DNA from: an uncultured Bacilli bacterium
GTDB lineage: Bacteria; Bacillota_I; Bacilli_A; RF39; UBA660
Assembly: GCA_934167825.1 (NCBI GenBank)
Contig: CAKPLY010000002.1
Location: forward strand, 105,900-169,899
Length of the DNA stretch: 64,000 bases
Reading direction: 5' to 3'
Both the position numbers and the translations under genes were made by a program. Each line of letters opens with the position of its first letter. The first letter of the stretch is position 1. Shown piece by piece: positions 38,172-48,174 of the stretch. Under the pieces are notes generated by a model. That model saw only the letters and a program-made list of their open reading frames with translations, ran no database searches and was not told the DNA's origin.

Positions 38172-39116
38172 ATGCTTGATAAATATAAAGATAGTCAAAA
38201 TGTTGTTTATAGTTTATTAAAAAATGCTATAAATAACGATAAGTTATCACATGCTTATTTGTTTGATGTAAATAATAATCCTTATGCTATGGATATTATT
38301 TTGTCTTTTGTTAAGGAAATTTTCTGTTTAAATAAAAATAGTGAAGAACAAGATATTATTTGTAAAAGAATTGACGATGGTAATTTTCTTGAACTTAAAA
38401 TTATTAATCCAGATGGCTTGGTTATAAAAAAAGAACAATTAAGCGATTTACAAGAAGAGTATAGTATGTCTTCTATTGAGTCTGATAGGAGAATATATAT
38501 AATTAATAATTGTGAAAGAATGAATTTACAAGCGGCTAATTCTATTTTAAAATTTTTAGAAGAACCTTTACCTAATATAATTGCCATTTTGGTTACTAAT
38601 AATATTAATAATGTTTTAAAGACTATAATATCTAGATGTCAAGTTTTATTTTTAAAAAAAGAAAATATTGTTTTCACAGATAATAGTTTTAGAAATTTTG
38701 CGTCAATAATTACAAACGGAAGTTCTATTGATGATTTTGTTAATAATGAAAAAAATAAGTTGTTATTTGATAATACTATAAGTTTTATTGAATATTTGGA
38801 AAATAATAAGAGTTATACAATTGTATATATTAAAACAAAAATGTATGATATTTTTAAAGATAGAATTGATAATTTGTTTGCTATTGATATTATGATTAAT
38901 TTTTATTATGACTTATTAAGATTTAAGGTAAGTGGACAAGCTTATATATTTAATGAATATGATTATTTGATAAATAAATTTTCTTATATGAATGTTGATA
39001 AGATAATTTTACGTTTAGAAACTTTACTTGATGTGAAAAAAATGTTATTATCAAATGTAAATATAAATTTAGTTTTAGATTATTTAATAATACAATTTGA
39101 AAGGAGTTGCTCTTAA
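38172..39116 (+). CDS. holB: DNA polymerase III delta' subunit
   Basis: LSHAYLF, IINNCERMN..AANSILKFLEEP, SRCQ. ATG 38172 has RBS AGGAG. Confidence 0.85.
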   Translation: MLDKYKDSQNVVYSLLKNAINNDKLSHAYLFDVNNNPYAMDIILSFVKEIFCLNKNSEEQDIICKRIDDGNFLELKIINPDGLVIKKEQLSDLQEEYSMSSIESDRRIYIINNCERMNLQAANSILKFLEEPLPNIIAILVTNNINNVLKTIISRCQVLFLKKENIVFTDNSFRNFASIITNGSSIDDFVNNEKNKLLFDNTISFIEYLENNKSYTIVYIKTKMYDIFKDRIDNLFAIDIMINFYYDLLRFKVSGQAYIFNEYDYLINKFSYMNVDKIILRLETLLDVKKMLLSNVNINLVLDYLIIQFERSCS

Positions 39117-39117
39117 A

Positions 39118-39885
39118 ATGATAGTTGGTGTTAAGTTTAATGATAAAGGAAAAAAATATTATTTTGATGGTGGTGATATTCCATTAAAAGAGAATTATAC
39201 TGTTATTGTTGAAACTGAGAAGGGATTGCAATTTGGTACTATTGTTAGTGTTAATGATAATTATAATGATAAAAATATAAAAAAAATAATTAGGAAATCT
39301 AATAAGAGGGATTATTTACAACATCTTAATAATATCAAGGATGCAAAATATGCTTTAGAAAAATGTAGGGAATTAGTATTAAAGAATAAAATGAATATGA
39401 CTGTTATGGATGCTAATTATACTTTTGACCGTAGTCAATTGATTTTTAGATTTATTGCAGATGAAAGAATTGATTTTAGACAATTAGCAAAAGATTTAGG
39501 TTCTATATTTAAAACAAGAATTGAATTAAGGCAGGTTGGAATTAGAGATAAAGCAAAAGAAATTGGTGGATTTGGTCCTTGTGGAAGAAAGATGTGTTGT
39601 TGTTCTTTTTTAAATGAGTTTGATAGTGTATCTATTAATATGGCAAAAAATCAAAATATATCGTTAAGTCCTCAAAAAATAAATGGTACTTGTGGAAGAT
39701 TACTTTGTTGTTTAAAATATGAGGATTCTAATTATACTGAGTGTAAAAAAGGATTACCTGAGTTAGGTAAGAGAATTAAAAATGGTGATGTAGAAGGAAG
39801 AGTAGTTGGGGTTGATATATTAAATAGAACATACAAGGTTTTAACAGATTTAAATGAAATTATTGAAATAGAATTGGATAAATAA
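39118..39885 (+). CDS. ricT: PSP1-domain protein (YaaT/RicT)
   Basis: VGVKF...KKYYF, Cys cluster GPCGRKMCCCSFL...CGRLLCCLKYE. Synteny after holB. Confidence 0.85.
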   Translation: MIVGVKFNDKGKKYYFDGGDIPLKENYTVIVETEKGLQFGTIVSVNDNYNDKNIKKIIRKSNKRDYLQHLNNIKDAKYALEKCRELVLKNKMNMTVMDANYTFDRSQLIFRFIADERIDFRQLAKDLGSIFKTRIELRQVGIRDKAKEIGGFGPCGRKMCCCSFLNEFDSVSINMAKNQNISLSPQKINGTCGRLLCCLKYEDSNYTECKKGLPELGKRIKNGDVEGRVVGVDILNRTYKVLTDLNEIIEIELDK

Positions 39886-39886
39886 A

Positions 39887-40609
39887 ATGGAAGTAAAAAA
39901 TAGATTATTGAATTTTAAAGATATGTATATATATCAAAATGATGAATGGTTTAATTTTTCAATGGACTCTGTATTGCTTGCCAATTTTGTTAGTATAAAT
40001 TTAAGCGATAAGAAAATAATTGATTTTTGTACTGGTAATGCTCCTGTTCCTATGTTACTTAGTTATAAAACAAAAGCAAATATTATTGGAGTGGAATTAC
40101 AAGAAGAAATATATAAATTGGCAATAAAATCTGTTTATGAAAATAGTCTTGATAATAGAATTAATATTATTAATGAGGATGTTAAAAATTTAAAAAATGT
40201 ATTTGAATTTGAAAGTTTTGACGTTGTTACATGTAATCCGCCTTTTTTTAAAACAAAAAATATTCTTTTACAAAATAAAAATTTAATAAAAAATAAAGCA
40301 AGACATGAAACTACAATTAGTTTAGAAGATGTTGTAAAAAATGCTAGTTATTTACTTAAAAATGGTAAGAGATTTGCTATGGTTCATAGACCTGATAGAT
40401 TTGTTGAAATAATGGATTTATTAAGAAAGTATAATTTTGAACCCAAAAGAGTTAAGTTGTGTTATCCTAAAAAGGGAAGAGATGCCAATGTTTTACTAAT
40501 AGAAAGTATTAAAAATGGAAAACCATGTTTATTTTTTGAGGAACCATTATATGTACATAATGATGATGGTAGTTATACTTTAGAAGTTAAAGAAATGTTT
40601 GAGGAGTGA
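39887..40609 (+). CDS. tRNA (adenine-N6)-methyltransferase-like SAM methyltransferase (YabB/TrmN6 family)
   Basis: CNPPFF catalytic motif plus synteny. Confidence 0.75.
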   Translation: MEVKNRLLNFKDMYIYQNDEWFNFSMDSVLLANFVSINLSDKKIIDFCTGNAPVPMLLSYKTKANIIGVELQEEIYKLAIKSVYENSLDNRINIINEDVKNLKNVFEFESFDVVTCNPPFFKTKNILLQNKNLIKNKARHETTISLEDVVKNASYLLKNGKRFAMVHRPDRFVEIMDLLRKYNFEPKRVKLCYPKKGRDANVLLIESIKNGKPCLFFEEPLYVHNDDGSYTLEVKEMFEE

Positions 40610-40614
40610 GAAGT

Positions 40615-41454
40615 ATGTGGCAAAATAGTTATGATAATAGTTCAACTTTGTATTTAATTCCTACACCGATAGGTAATTTAGAAGATATGACAATTAGATC
40701 TATTAATATATTAAAATTAGTAGATGTGATCTTTTGTGAAGATACAAGAGTAACACTTTTGTTACTTAATCATTTTGAAATAAAGAAAAAAGTAATTGCT
40801 TTACATGAACATAATGAGGAAACTGCTAAAGAAAAAGTTTTGGAATATTTGAAAAATGGTAGTAGTGTTGCTATAGTAACTGATAGGGGAACACCGATAA
40901 TTAGTGATCCAGGATATAAAACTGTTAAATATGTTTCTAGTCTTGGATATAATGTTGTTGCTTTACCTGGTGCAAATGCTTTTGTTCCAGCATTAATTGT
41001 ATCTGGTATTGAACCTGCACCATTTGTTTTTTATGGTTTCTTGAACAGTAAGGATAGTAAAAGAAAGCAAGAGTTAGAAAAATTAAAATTTTGTAGATAC
41101 ACTATGATATTTTATGAAGCACCACATAGAATAAAAAGAACAATGGAAGAAATGTATGAAACATTTGGTGATAGAGAAGTTAGTTTATCTAGGGAGATAT
41201 CTAAAAAATATGAAAGTGTATATAGAGGGGTGATATCTAACCTTTTACCAACACTGGATGATATTAAGGGGGAGTTTGTTATTGTTGTTTCACCATTTAA
41301 AGATGAAAATGTTATAGTGGAAGAGGTTAGTTTAAAAGATAATGTTTCTTTATATGTTGAAAATGGTATGGATGTTATGGATGCAATTAAAAGAGTTGCT
41401 AAGGAGCGTAATATTGCGAAAAATGAAGTGTATAAGGAATATCATAGGAGGTAA
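40615..41454 (+). CDS. rsmI: 16S rRNA (cytidine1402-2'-O)-methyltransferase
   Basis: LYLIPTPIGNLEDMT, CEDTR, DRGTPIISDPG. Confidence 0.9.
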   Translation: MWQNSYDNSSTLYLIPTPIGNLEDMTIRSINILKLVDVIFCEDTRVTLLLLNHFEIKKKVIALHEHNEETAKEKVLEYLKNGSSVAIVTDRGTPIISDPGYKTVKYVSSLGYNVVALPGANAFVPALIVSGIEPAPFVFYGFLNSKDSKRKQELEKLKFCRYTMIFYEAPHRIKRTMEEMYETFGDREVSLSREISKKYESVYRGVISNLLPTLDDIKGEFVIVVSPFKDENVIVEEVSLKDNVSLYVENGMDVMDAIKRVAKERNIAKNEVYKEYHRR

Positions 41455-41460
41455 TATTTG

Positions 41461-42021
41461 ATGAAGTTAATTGTGGGACTTGGTAATCCTGGTAATGAAT
41501 ATGTAAATACTAGACATAATATAGGATATAGTTTGTTGGACTATATATGTTCTAACAAAAAAATATTATTTAATAACGAAAAATTTAATGCTTTGTATGC
41601 AGAATATAATACTTGTAATGATAAAATTATTATGATTAAGCCTACTACTTATATGAATTTATCGGGTAAAGCTGTGAAAAAATATATGGATTTTTATAAG
41701 ATTGATAGTAATGATATTCTTGTTGTTCAAGATGATTTAGACATGGAACTTGGTAAAATTAAATTTGTATACAATAGTTCTTCTGGTGGACATAATGGTA
41801 TTAAAGACATTGAAAAATTTATTAATACAAAAGAGTATTTGAGACTTAAAATTGGGATCTCTAAAGATAAAGGCAAAGATACTAAAGATTATGTGTTAGG
41901 TAAATTTGATGATAATGAATTAATTATACTTAATGAGAGTTATAAAAAATTAGTTAATTTATTAGATGATTTTGATGTTATGAATAGAAATCAGTTAATG
42001 TGTAAATATAATAATAAGTAA
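41461..42021 (+). CDS. pth: Peptidyl-tRNA hydrolase
   Basis: KLIVGLGNPG..Y..TRHNIG, GGHNGIKDI. Confidence 0.93.
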   Translation: MKLIVGLGNPGNEYVNTRHNIGYSLLDYICSNKKILFNNEKFNALYAEYNTCNDKIIMIKPTTYMNLSGKAVKKYMDFYKIDSNDILVVQDDLDMELGKIKFVYNSSSGGHNGIKDIEKFINTKEYLRLKIGISKDKGKDTKDYVLGKFDDNELIILNESYKKLVNLLDDFDVMNRNQLMCKYNNK

Positions 42022-42064
42022 AGATACAATTTAGTATCTTTTTGGTGGTTATCGAGGTGGTTAT

Positions 42065-45000
42065 ATGAATATATTTGATAATATGTTTAAAATTAATGAC
42101 AAATACAATTATAGTGTTAGTGGTTTAACTAAGGAATTGAATGCATTATACATATATAATAATTTTATTAAACAAAATAAGAATATTATTGTTGTAGTTA
42201 ATTCTATTTTTGAGGGAAATGATTTATATAATAGAATTTTAAATTATACAAAGAATGTACTTTTTTTTCCAATGGATGATTTTATTACTAGTGAAGCAAT
42301 TGCTATTAGCCCTGAATTCAAAACAGAGAGAATAAATACTATAAATAAGTTGTTAAATGATAATAGATATATAGTTATTACAAACTTAATGGGATATTTA
42401 AGATATTTACCTAAAGAAAACGTTTGGAAAGATAAAATAATATCTATTAGTAAAGATATTGATATTAATAGAGATAAACTAATAGAAGATTTACATAATA
42501 TAGGATATGAAAAAGAAACAATTGTTACTGAGACAGGTAAGTATGCAGTAAGAGGATATGTTATTGATGTTTTCCCTATAGGAAATGAAAATCCAATTAG
42601 AATAGAATTTTGGGGTGATACTGTAGATTCTATAAAATATTTTGATGTAGATACGCAACTTACTAATTTAGAGATAAATAATATTAATATTTATCCTTAT
42701 ACTGAGTTTTTAATTGATAATATGAATGATGATGTTATAAGAAAACAAAAATATTTAAAGTATTATTCTAATGATATTACTAATATATGTGGATATTTAG
42801 ACGATTATATATGTTTTTGGTATGATTATAACCAGATTATGACTAGTTATAAGTTACTTAGGGAAACTATATTTGAGTATGATAATAATAATGAGAGTAG
42901 TATAAAAACAGATTATATGTATGATATTAAAGATATATTTGTTAAGAATGAAGTATATTTAATGAATATAGATAATATTTTAAGTGATATAAAGTTAGAT
43001 TTTAAAGAAGATTATGTTTCATATAATATAGATAATTTTGAGGGTAATTTAGAATTGTTTAAGAAAGAATTGGAGAAGTTTTTAATAAAGAAGAAGACTA
43101 TTATTTTATGTATAGATAATCAAAGTACTTTAAAAAATATTGTTAATTATATGGATATTGATAAGTTAATTGTTACTAATATAAATGATATAGTTTTAAA
43201 TAGTGTTAATATTATTAATTATTCTATAGGTAATGGATATATATTTAATGATTACGTTGTTATATCTAATAATGATATTTTTAAGATAAGCAAAAAGAGT
43301 AATTATAAGAGTAAATTTAAACTTTCTAGTAGGTTATCTAGTATTTCAAATATAAATAAGGGTGATTATATTGTTCATGAAATGCATGGTATAGGGATAT
43401 ACGATTCAATTGTCACTTTGACTAAGAATGGGTTAAAGAAAGATTATATTAAACTTATTTATGCAGATGGAGATGTATTATATGTTCCTGTAGAAAAGAT
43501 TGATAGAATTAGTAAATTCGTTGGTAAAGAAGCAAGTAATATGAAACTTAATAAGTTAAATACTGATGAATGGACTAAAAAGAAAAATAAGGTTAAGAGT
43601 AGATTAAACGATATAGCAGGAGATTTAATAAAAGTAAGTGCAGAAAGAGAAATGATGAAAGGTTTTGCATTTAGCGAAGATGATGAGAACCAAGTTTTGT
43701 TTGATAGTGAATTTGAATATACAGAAACTACTGACCAGTTAAAAGCAATTAACTCTATAAAGAATGAAATGGAAAGAAGTAAACCAATGGATATGCTTTT
43801 ATGTGGTGATGTAGGATATGGTAAGACTGAAGTTGCATTTAGGGCAATGTTTAAGGCAGTAAATGATGGCAAGCAAGTTGCTTATTTATGTCCTACTACT
43901 ATACTTTCTAGTCAACAATATAAGAGTGCATTAAGTAGATTTAAAAATTTTCCTATAAATATTGCGCTTCTTAATAGATTTGTTCCTTATGAAAAACAAA
44001 AGTGCATTATTCAAGATGTTAATGATGGTAAAATAGATATTTTATTTGGTACACATAGAATTTTAAATGATGCGATTAAATTTAAAAATTTGGGACTTTT
44101 AGTTATTGATGAGGAACAAAGATTTGGAGTTACTCATAAAGAAAAGATTAAGAAATTTAAGTCTAATATAGATGTTCTTACTTTATCTGCTACACCAATA
44201 CCTAGAACATTGCAGATGAGTATGTCTGGTATTAGAAGTCTTAGTTTAATTGAAACTCCACCATTAGAAAGATTACCTATTCAAACTTATGTTTTGCCAG
44301 AAAATGATAGTGTAGTAAAGGATGCTATATATAAAGAACTATCTAGGAATGGACAAATATTTATTCTATATAACCGAGTAGAAACTATACAGAATAAGCT
44401 CGATGAATTACAGAAACTTGTTCCTGAGGCTAGTATAAAAATCGCACACGGTCAAATGAGTAGAACTGAGTTAGAGGATGTAATGTTTGAGTTTATTAAT
44501 CATGAGTTTGATATTTTACTTTGTACTACAATAATAGAAACTGGAATAGATATTGCAAATGTAAATACTTTAATTATTTTTGATTCTGATAGATTTGGAC
44601 TTTCTCAGTTATATCAAATTCGTGGTAGAATAGGTAGAAGTGATAGGGTTGGTTATGCATATTTGATGTATGATAATAAGAAGGAACTTAATGATATAGC
44701 TGTTAAAAGATTATCTACGATAAAAGAATTTACTGAACTTGGTAGTGGATTTAAGATTGCTATGAGGGATTTATCTATACGTGGTGCAGGTGATATTTTA
44801 GGTAGTGAACAATCTGGATATATAGATTCTATTGGTATTGATCTTTATTTAAAGATGTTAAAAGAAGCTGTTGATAAACTTAAAGGTAATTATGTTAATG
44901 ATAAAGAAAATGATTCTAATAAACCTATTATTGAAGTTGAAACTCATATTAGTAATGATTATGTAAGTGATGATGATTTAAAAATTGAGATACATAAAAA

Positions 45001-45373
45001 AATTAATGAGATAGATGGAATTAATAAGTTAATTGATGTTAAGAGTGAATTAGAAGACAGATTTGGTAAGATTAGTAAAGAAATGGAACTATATATGTAT
45101 GAAGAATGGTTAGAGAAACTTGCTGATAGATTGGAAATTAAAACCATTAAACAAACCAATACATTAATTGAACTTGAAATGTCTAGTGATATGTCTAAAA
45201 GGATAGATGGAGAGAAACTATTTTATACTGCATATGAGATTTCTAGTAATTTTAAGTTGAAACTTATTGAAGGAAAAATACATATTATTTTAAATCTTGT
45301 TAATTTAGAGAAACATAATGTATTTTATTTAATAGATTTATTTAATAAGATAATCGACGATAATAATATTTAA
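42065..45373 (+). CDS. mfd: Transcription-repair coupling factor
   Basis: 1102 aa, CarD-like GDYIVHEMHGIG, helicase motifs GDVGYGKTEV, DEEQRFG, SATPIPRT, QLYQIRGRIGRS. Confidence 0.96.
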   Translation: MNIFDNMFKINDKYNYSVSGLTKELNALYIYNNFIKQNKNIIVVVNSIFEGNDLYNRILNYTKNVLFFPMDDFITSEAIAISPEFKTERINTINKLLNDNRYIVITNLMGYLRYLPKENVWKDKIISISKDIDINRDKLIEDLHNIGYEKETIVTETGKYAVRGYVIDVFPIGNENPIRIEFWGDTVDSIKYFDVDTQLTNLEINNINIYPYTEFLIDNMNDDVIRKQKYLKYYSNDITNICGYLDDYICFWYDYNQIMTSYKLLRETIFEYDNNNESSIKTDYMYDIKDIFVKNEVYLMNIDNILSDIKLDFKEDYVSYNIDNFEGNLELFKKELEKFLIKKKTIILCIDNQSTLKNIVNYMDIDKLIVTNINDIVLNSVNIINYSIGNGYIFNDYVVISNNDIFKISKKSNYKSKFKLSSRLSSISNINKGDYIVHEMHGIGIYDSIVTLTKNGLKKDYIKLIYADGDVLYVPVEKIDRISKFVGKEASNMKLNKLNTDEWTKKKNKVKSRLNDIAGDLIKVSAEREMMKGFAFSEDDENQVLFDSEFEYTETTDQLKAINSIKNEMERSKPMDMLLCGDVGYGKTEVAFRAMFKAVNDGKQVAYLCPTTILSSQQYKSALSRFKNFPINIALLNRFVPYEKQKCIIQDVNDGKIDILFGTHRILNDAIKFKNLGLLVIDEEQRFGVTHKEKIKKFKSNIDVLTLSATPIPRTLQMSMSGIRSLSLIETPPLERLPIQTYVLPENDSVVKDAIYKELSRNGQIFILYNRVETIQNKLDELQKLVPEASIKIAHGQMSRTELEDVMFEFINHEFDILLCTTIIETGIDIANVNTLIIFDSDRFGLSQLYQIRGRIGRSDRVGYAYLMYDNKKELNDIAVKRLSTIKEFTELGSGFKIAMRDLSIRGAGDILGSEQSGYIDSIGIDLYLKMLKEAVDKLKGNYVNDKENDSNKPIIEVETHISNDYVSDDDLKIEIHKKINEIDGINKLIDVKSELEDRFGKISKEMELYMYEEWLEKLADRLEIKTIKQTNTLIELEMSSDMSKRIDGEKLFYTAYEISSNFKLKLIEGKIHIILNLVNLEKHNVFYLIDLFNKIIDDNNI

Positions 45374-45393
45374 AAGAAAAAGTTAGTCATTTG

Positions 45394-45900
45394 TTATAAT
45401 GTGCTAACTTCTTTTTGCTTTTTTTCGTATGCTTCTTTACATTTCTTTATTAATTCAATAGCTTCTGTTTTATTATGATAATTTAGAACTTCAACTTTTA
45501 TGTTTTGTAATACTTTGTAATTTTCAAAGAAATTTTTTATTTCATTTAAGGTAAATTCATTTAAATCATCAATTTCATTTATATCTTGATTTCTTGGATC
45601 TACATCTACAACAGATATTATTTTATAATCGTCATATCCATTGTCTATCATATGTAAATATCCAATTATTCTTGATGGGACAATACATCCTGGAAATGTT
45701 TGTTCGCTTGATATAACTAATATATCTAATGGGTCACCGTCTGGAGACAAAGTGTTTCTTATATAGCCATATTCTGCGGGATAAGTCATAGCTGAATATA
45801 AGACTCTATCTAATTTGATATCTTTTGTTTTTTCATCAATTTCAAACTTATTTTTTGTTTTCATTGGAATTTCTATTATGGCATTTTCTACGTGTTTCAT
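45394..45900 (-). CDS. ppa: Inorganic pyrophosphatase (family I)
   Basis: IEIP...KFE(I)D, YPAEYGYI..T...DGDPLDILV. Alternative GTG start at 45912. Confidence 0.88.
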   Translation of the reverse strand: MKHVENAIIEIPMKTKNKFEIDEKTKDIKLDRVLYSAMTYPAEYGYIRNTLSPDGDPLDILVISSEQTFPGCIVPSRIIGYLHMIDNGYDDYKIISVVDVDPRNQDINEIDDLNEFTLNEIKNFFENYKVLQNIKVEVLNYHNKTEAIELIKKCKEAYEKKQKEVSTL

Positions 45901-46002
45901 TTTTATCACCACTTTAAGTATAAATAAAAAAGATTAAATAGTCAATTAGAATGAATAAATTTTACATTAATTAACAAAATAATATTGAAAGGTAGGTATT
46001 AT

Positions 46003-46533
46003 ATGAAAACAACAGGTGTAGTTAGAAAAATTGATGAACTTGGAAGAATTGTTATTCCAAAGGAAATAAGAAAAAATTTAAGAATTAAAAGTGGTGATAA
46101 TTTAGAAATATTTTTAGAGGGAGATAATATATTACTTAAGAAATATTCACAAATAGAGACGTTAGAAAATGTTACAGAGAATTATGTAGAGAGTTTTAAT
46201 CAGGTTATGAAACATAATATTATTGTCACTGATAGAGATAAAGTAGTTGCAATAAGTGGTAGCTTAAAAAAGAAGTATTTGGGAAAACCTATTAGTGAAT
46301 TTACAAATAGGTCAATAGAAAGACGAGATAGTTTTGTAGAGAGACAAAAGAAGAGTGTTAGTTTTATTGAAAATGAAGATGAGATATGTTATTATTCTTT
46401 TAGTTCAATAGTTAATAATGGTGATGCAATAGGGGCGGTTATTATTTTATCTACTGAAATACCTATTACTGATAGTGAAGAAAAGATGGCTGTTATTTTA
46501 TCTAGAATACTTAGTAAACATTTTATTGATTAG
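46003..46533 (+). CDS. spoVT: Stage V sporulation regulator SpoVT (AbrB-type SpoVT/AbrB domain + GAF-like C-terminus)
   Basis: TGVVRKIDELGRIVIPKEIRKNLRI..GD.LEIF. Length and position after mfd as in Bacillus. Confidence 0.85.
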   Translation: MKTTGVVRKIDELGRIVIPKEIRKNLRIKSGDNLEIFLEGDNILLKKYSQIETLENVTENYVESFNQVMKHNIIVTDRDKVVAISGSLKKKYLGKPISEFTNRSIERRDSFVERQKKSVSFIENEDEICYYSFSSIVNNGDAIGAVIILSTEIPITDSEEKMAVILSRILSKHFID

Positions 46534-46637
46534 TTATACTTAAAAGATTATAATTATTTGATATTATATTCTTTTTTTGTTTTTCTTGACTTTTTATTAC
46601 TTATTATATATAATAATATGCAATTTTGGAGGGGATT

Positions 46638-47393
46638 ATGGTATTTAATAAGAAAAATGATTTTGATATGTTTTTGAAGAAAGAATATATTAGAGAGATT
46701 GGTAGTGGGTCACAAGGAATATGTTATTATAATTTTAAAACTAAGGATGTATATAAGATTTTTTATCAATATTTTGATGATGATGAAGATTTTTATATAG
46801 AATATACAAGTGAAGAATTTATGAGATTTAGTAATATGATAAATGATACATATGTTTTTGCTAATGATGTTATTATTGTTGAAGATAAGATTGTGGGATA
46901 TGTAACTAATTATGTTATGGGTAAATTACTTTCTTCGATCAATCCTTTATATGTTAATTTAGATAAATTATCTTTATGTACTAATAAAGTATTTGATGAC
47001 AATGAAAAACTAGCATTAAATGGTGTTAGAACTCATGATGTTTTATATAATATTATGTATGGTAGAAATGGATTTAAGATTATAGATTTTGTAGAATATA
47101 GTTTTAGTAATGCAAGTTATGAGAAAATAAAAAGAAGTAATGATAGAAACTTTAATGAAGGGGTTATGAAATTTTTAGTGGATGGTTATTTTGATGAATT
47201 TGTGTTAAGTAACGAAGTATTAAAAAATATGTATTTAGATAATGATACTAACGTAAATGAATTTATTGTAACATTTAAAAAAATTTTAAGTGAGTATATG
47301 TCATGTAATGTTGATAAATTATGTAATGCAAAGAAATGTTTAAATAAGAAACTTATTAATAAAGATTATGAAAGAAGTTATAATTTAAGATAA
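46638..47393 (+). CDS. Protein-kinase-like fold protein
   Basis: Gly-loop IGSGSQGICYY with VYKIF Lys, HDVLYNIMY (HxDxxxxN-like) and IIDF (DFG-like). RBS GGAGGGG before ATG 46638. Confidence 0.5.
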   Translation: MVFNKKNDFDMFLKKEYIREIGSGSQGICYYNFKTKDVYKIFYQYFDDDEDFYIEYTSEEFMRFSNMINDTYVFANDVIIVEDKIVGYVTNYVMGKLLSSINPLYVNLDKLSLCTNKVFDDNEKLALNGVRTHDVLYNIMYGRNGFKIIDFVEYSFSNASYEKIKRSNDRNFNEGVMKFLVDGYFDEFVLSNEVLKNMYLDNDTNVNEFIVTFKKILSEYMSCNVDKLCNAKKCLNKKLINKDYERSYNLR

Positions 47394-47399
47394 TTTAGG

Positions 47400-47428
47400 T
47401 TGATTATGATATTAAATTGTGATATAAT
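47400..47428 (+). promoter_or_regulatory. SigA-type promoter for the T-box/dut/metG unit
   Basis: TTGATT -35, 17-nt spacer, extended -10 TGaTATAAT. Confidence 0.6.
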
Positions 47429-47434
47429 CTAATA

Positions 47435-47665
47435 AAAAGAAAAGATTATGAAGAAAAAGAGTAATAATTTAGTAGTTTATAGAGAGTCTATGATTGGTGG
47501 AAATAGATAATGAAATTTTATTATAGATGGTTTTTGGAATTGTTTAATGGATAAGATTAAAACGAATAAGCGCGTTATAGCTATTAAGATATAATTAATG
47601 TTATATAAAATAAGGTGGTACCACGATTATTCGTCCTTTGGTTTCATCTTATTTTTTTTAGGAGT
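47435..47665 (+). promoter_or_regulatory. T-box riboswitch leader with putative Met (AUG) specifier
   Basis: Stem I elements AGAGAG (47481) and GGTGGAAA (47497). AUG followed by A at 47510-47513. T-box sequence AAGGTGGTACCACG (47612-47625). U-run before the RBS. Confidence 0.7.
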
Positions 47666-47673
47666 GATAGATT

Positions 47674-48174
47674 ATGAGAAAATTTGAGATTGTTAGTAGG
47701 AGACAATTTGATAGTGATTTTAATGGTTATAATACTGAATATAATGATATTATGCTACCTAAAAGAAACACTAAATATTCGGCTGGATATGATTTTTATA
47801 TTCCTTTTGATATAGTGATTAAGCCTAATCAAGTTGTTAAAATTCCTACGGGTATTAAAGTACTTCTTAATAATGACGAATTTTTGGGTATGTATATACG
47901 CAGTAGTTTGGGATTTAAGTATAATTTACGGATGTGTAATCAAGTTGGAATTATAGATAGTGATTACTATAATAATATTAGTAATGAGGGGCATATATTT
48001 GTTAAGATTAAGAATGAGGGACAAGAAGATGTTGTTTTAAAAAAGAATGATAGATATGTTCAAGGAATTATACAAAAATATTATATAGTAGATGATGAAG
48101 ATAATGAATACTATGATAAAAGAATAGGTGGGTTTGGTAGTACAAATAAAGGAGAAGATAATAATGAAAGATAA
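47674..48174 (+). CDS. dut: Trimeric dUTPase
   Basis: LPKRNTKYSAGYDF, IRSSLG, GIIDSDYY, RIGGFGSTNKG motifs. Confidence 0.85.
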   Translation: MRKFEIVSRRQFDSDFNGYNTEYNDIMLPKRNTKYSAGYDFYIPFDIVIKPNQVVKIPTGIKVLLNNDEFLGMYIRSSLGFKYNLRMCNQVGIIDSDYYNNISNEGHIFVKIKNEGQEDVVLKKNDRYVQGIIQKYYIVDDEDNEYYDKRIGGFGSTNKGEDNNER

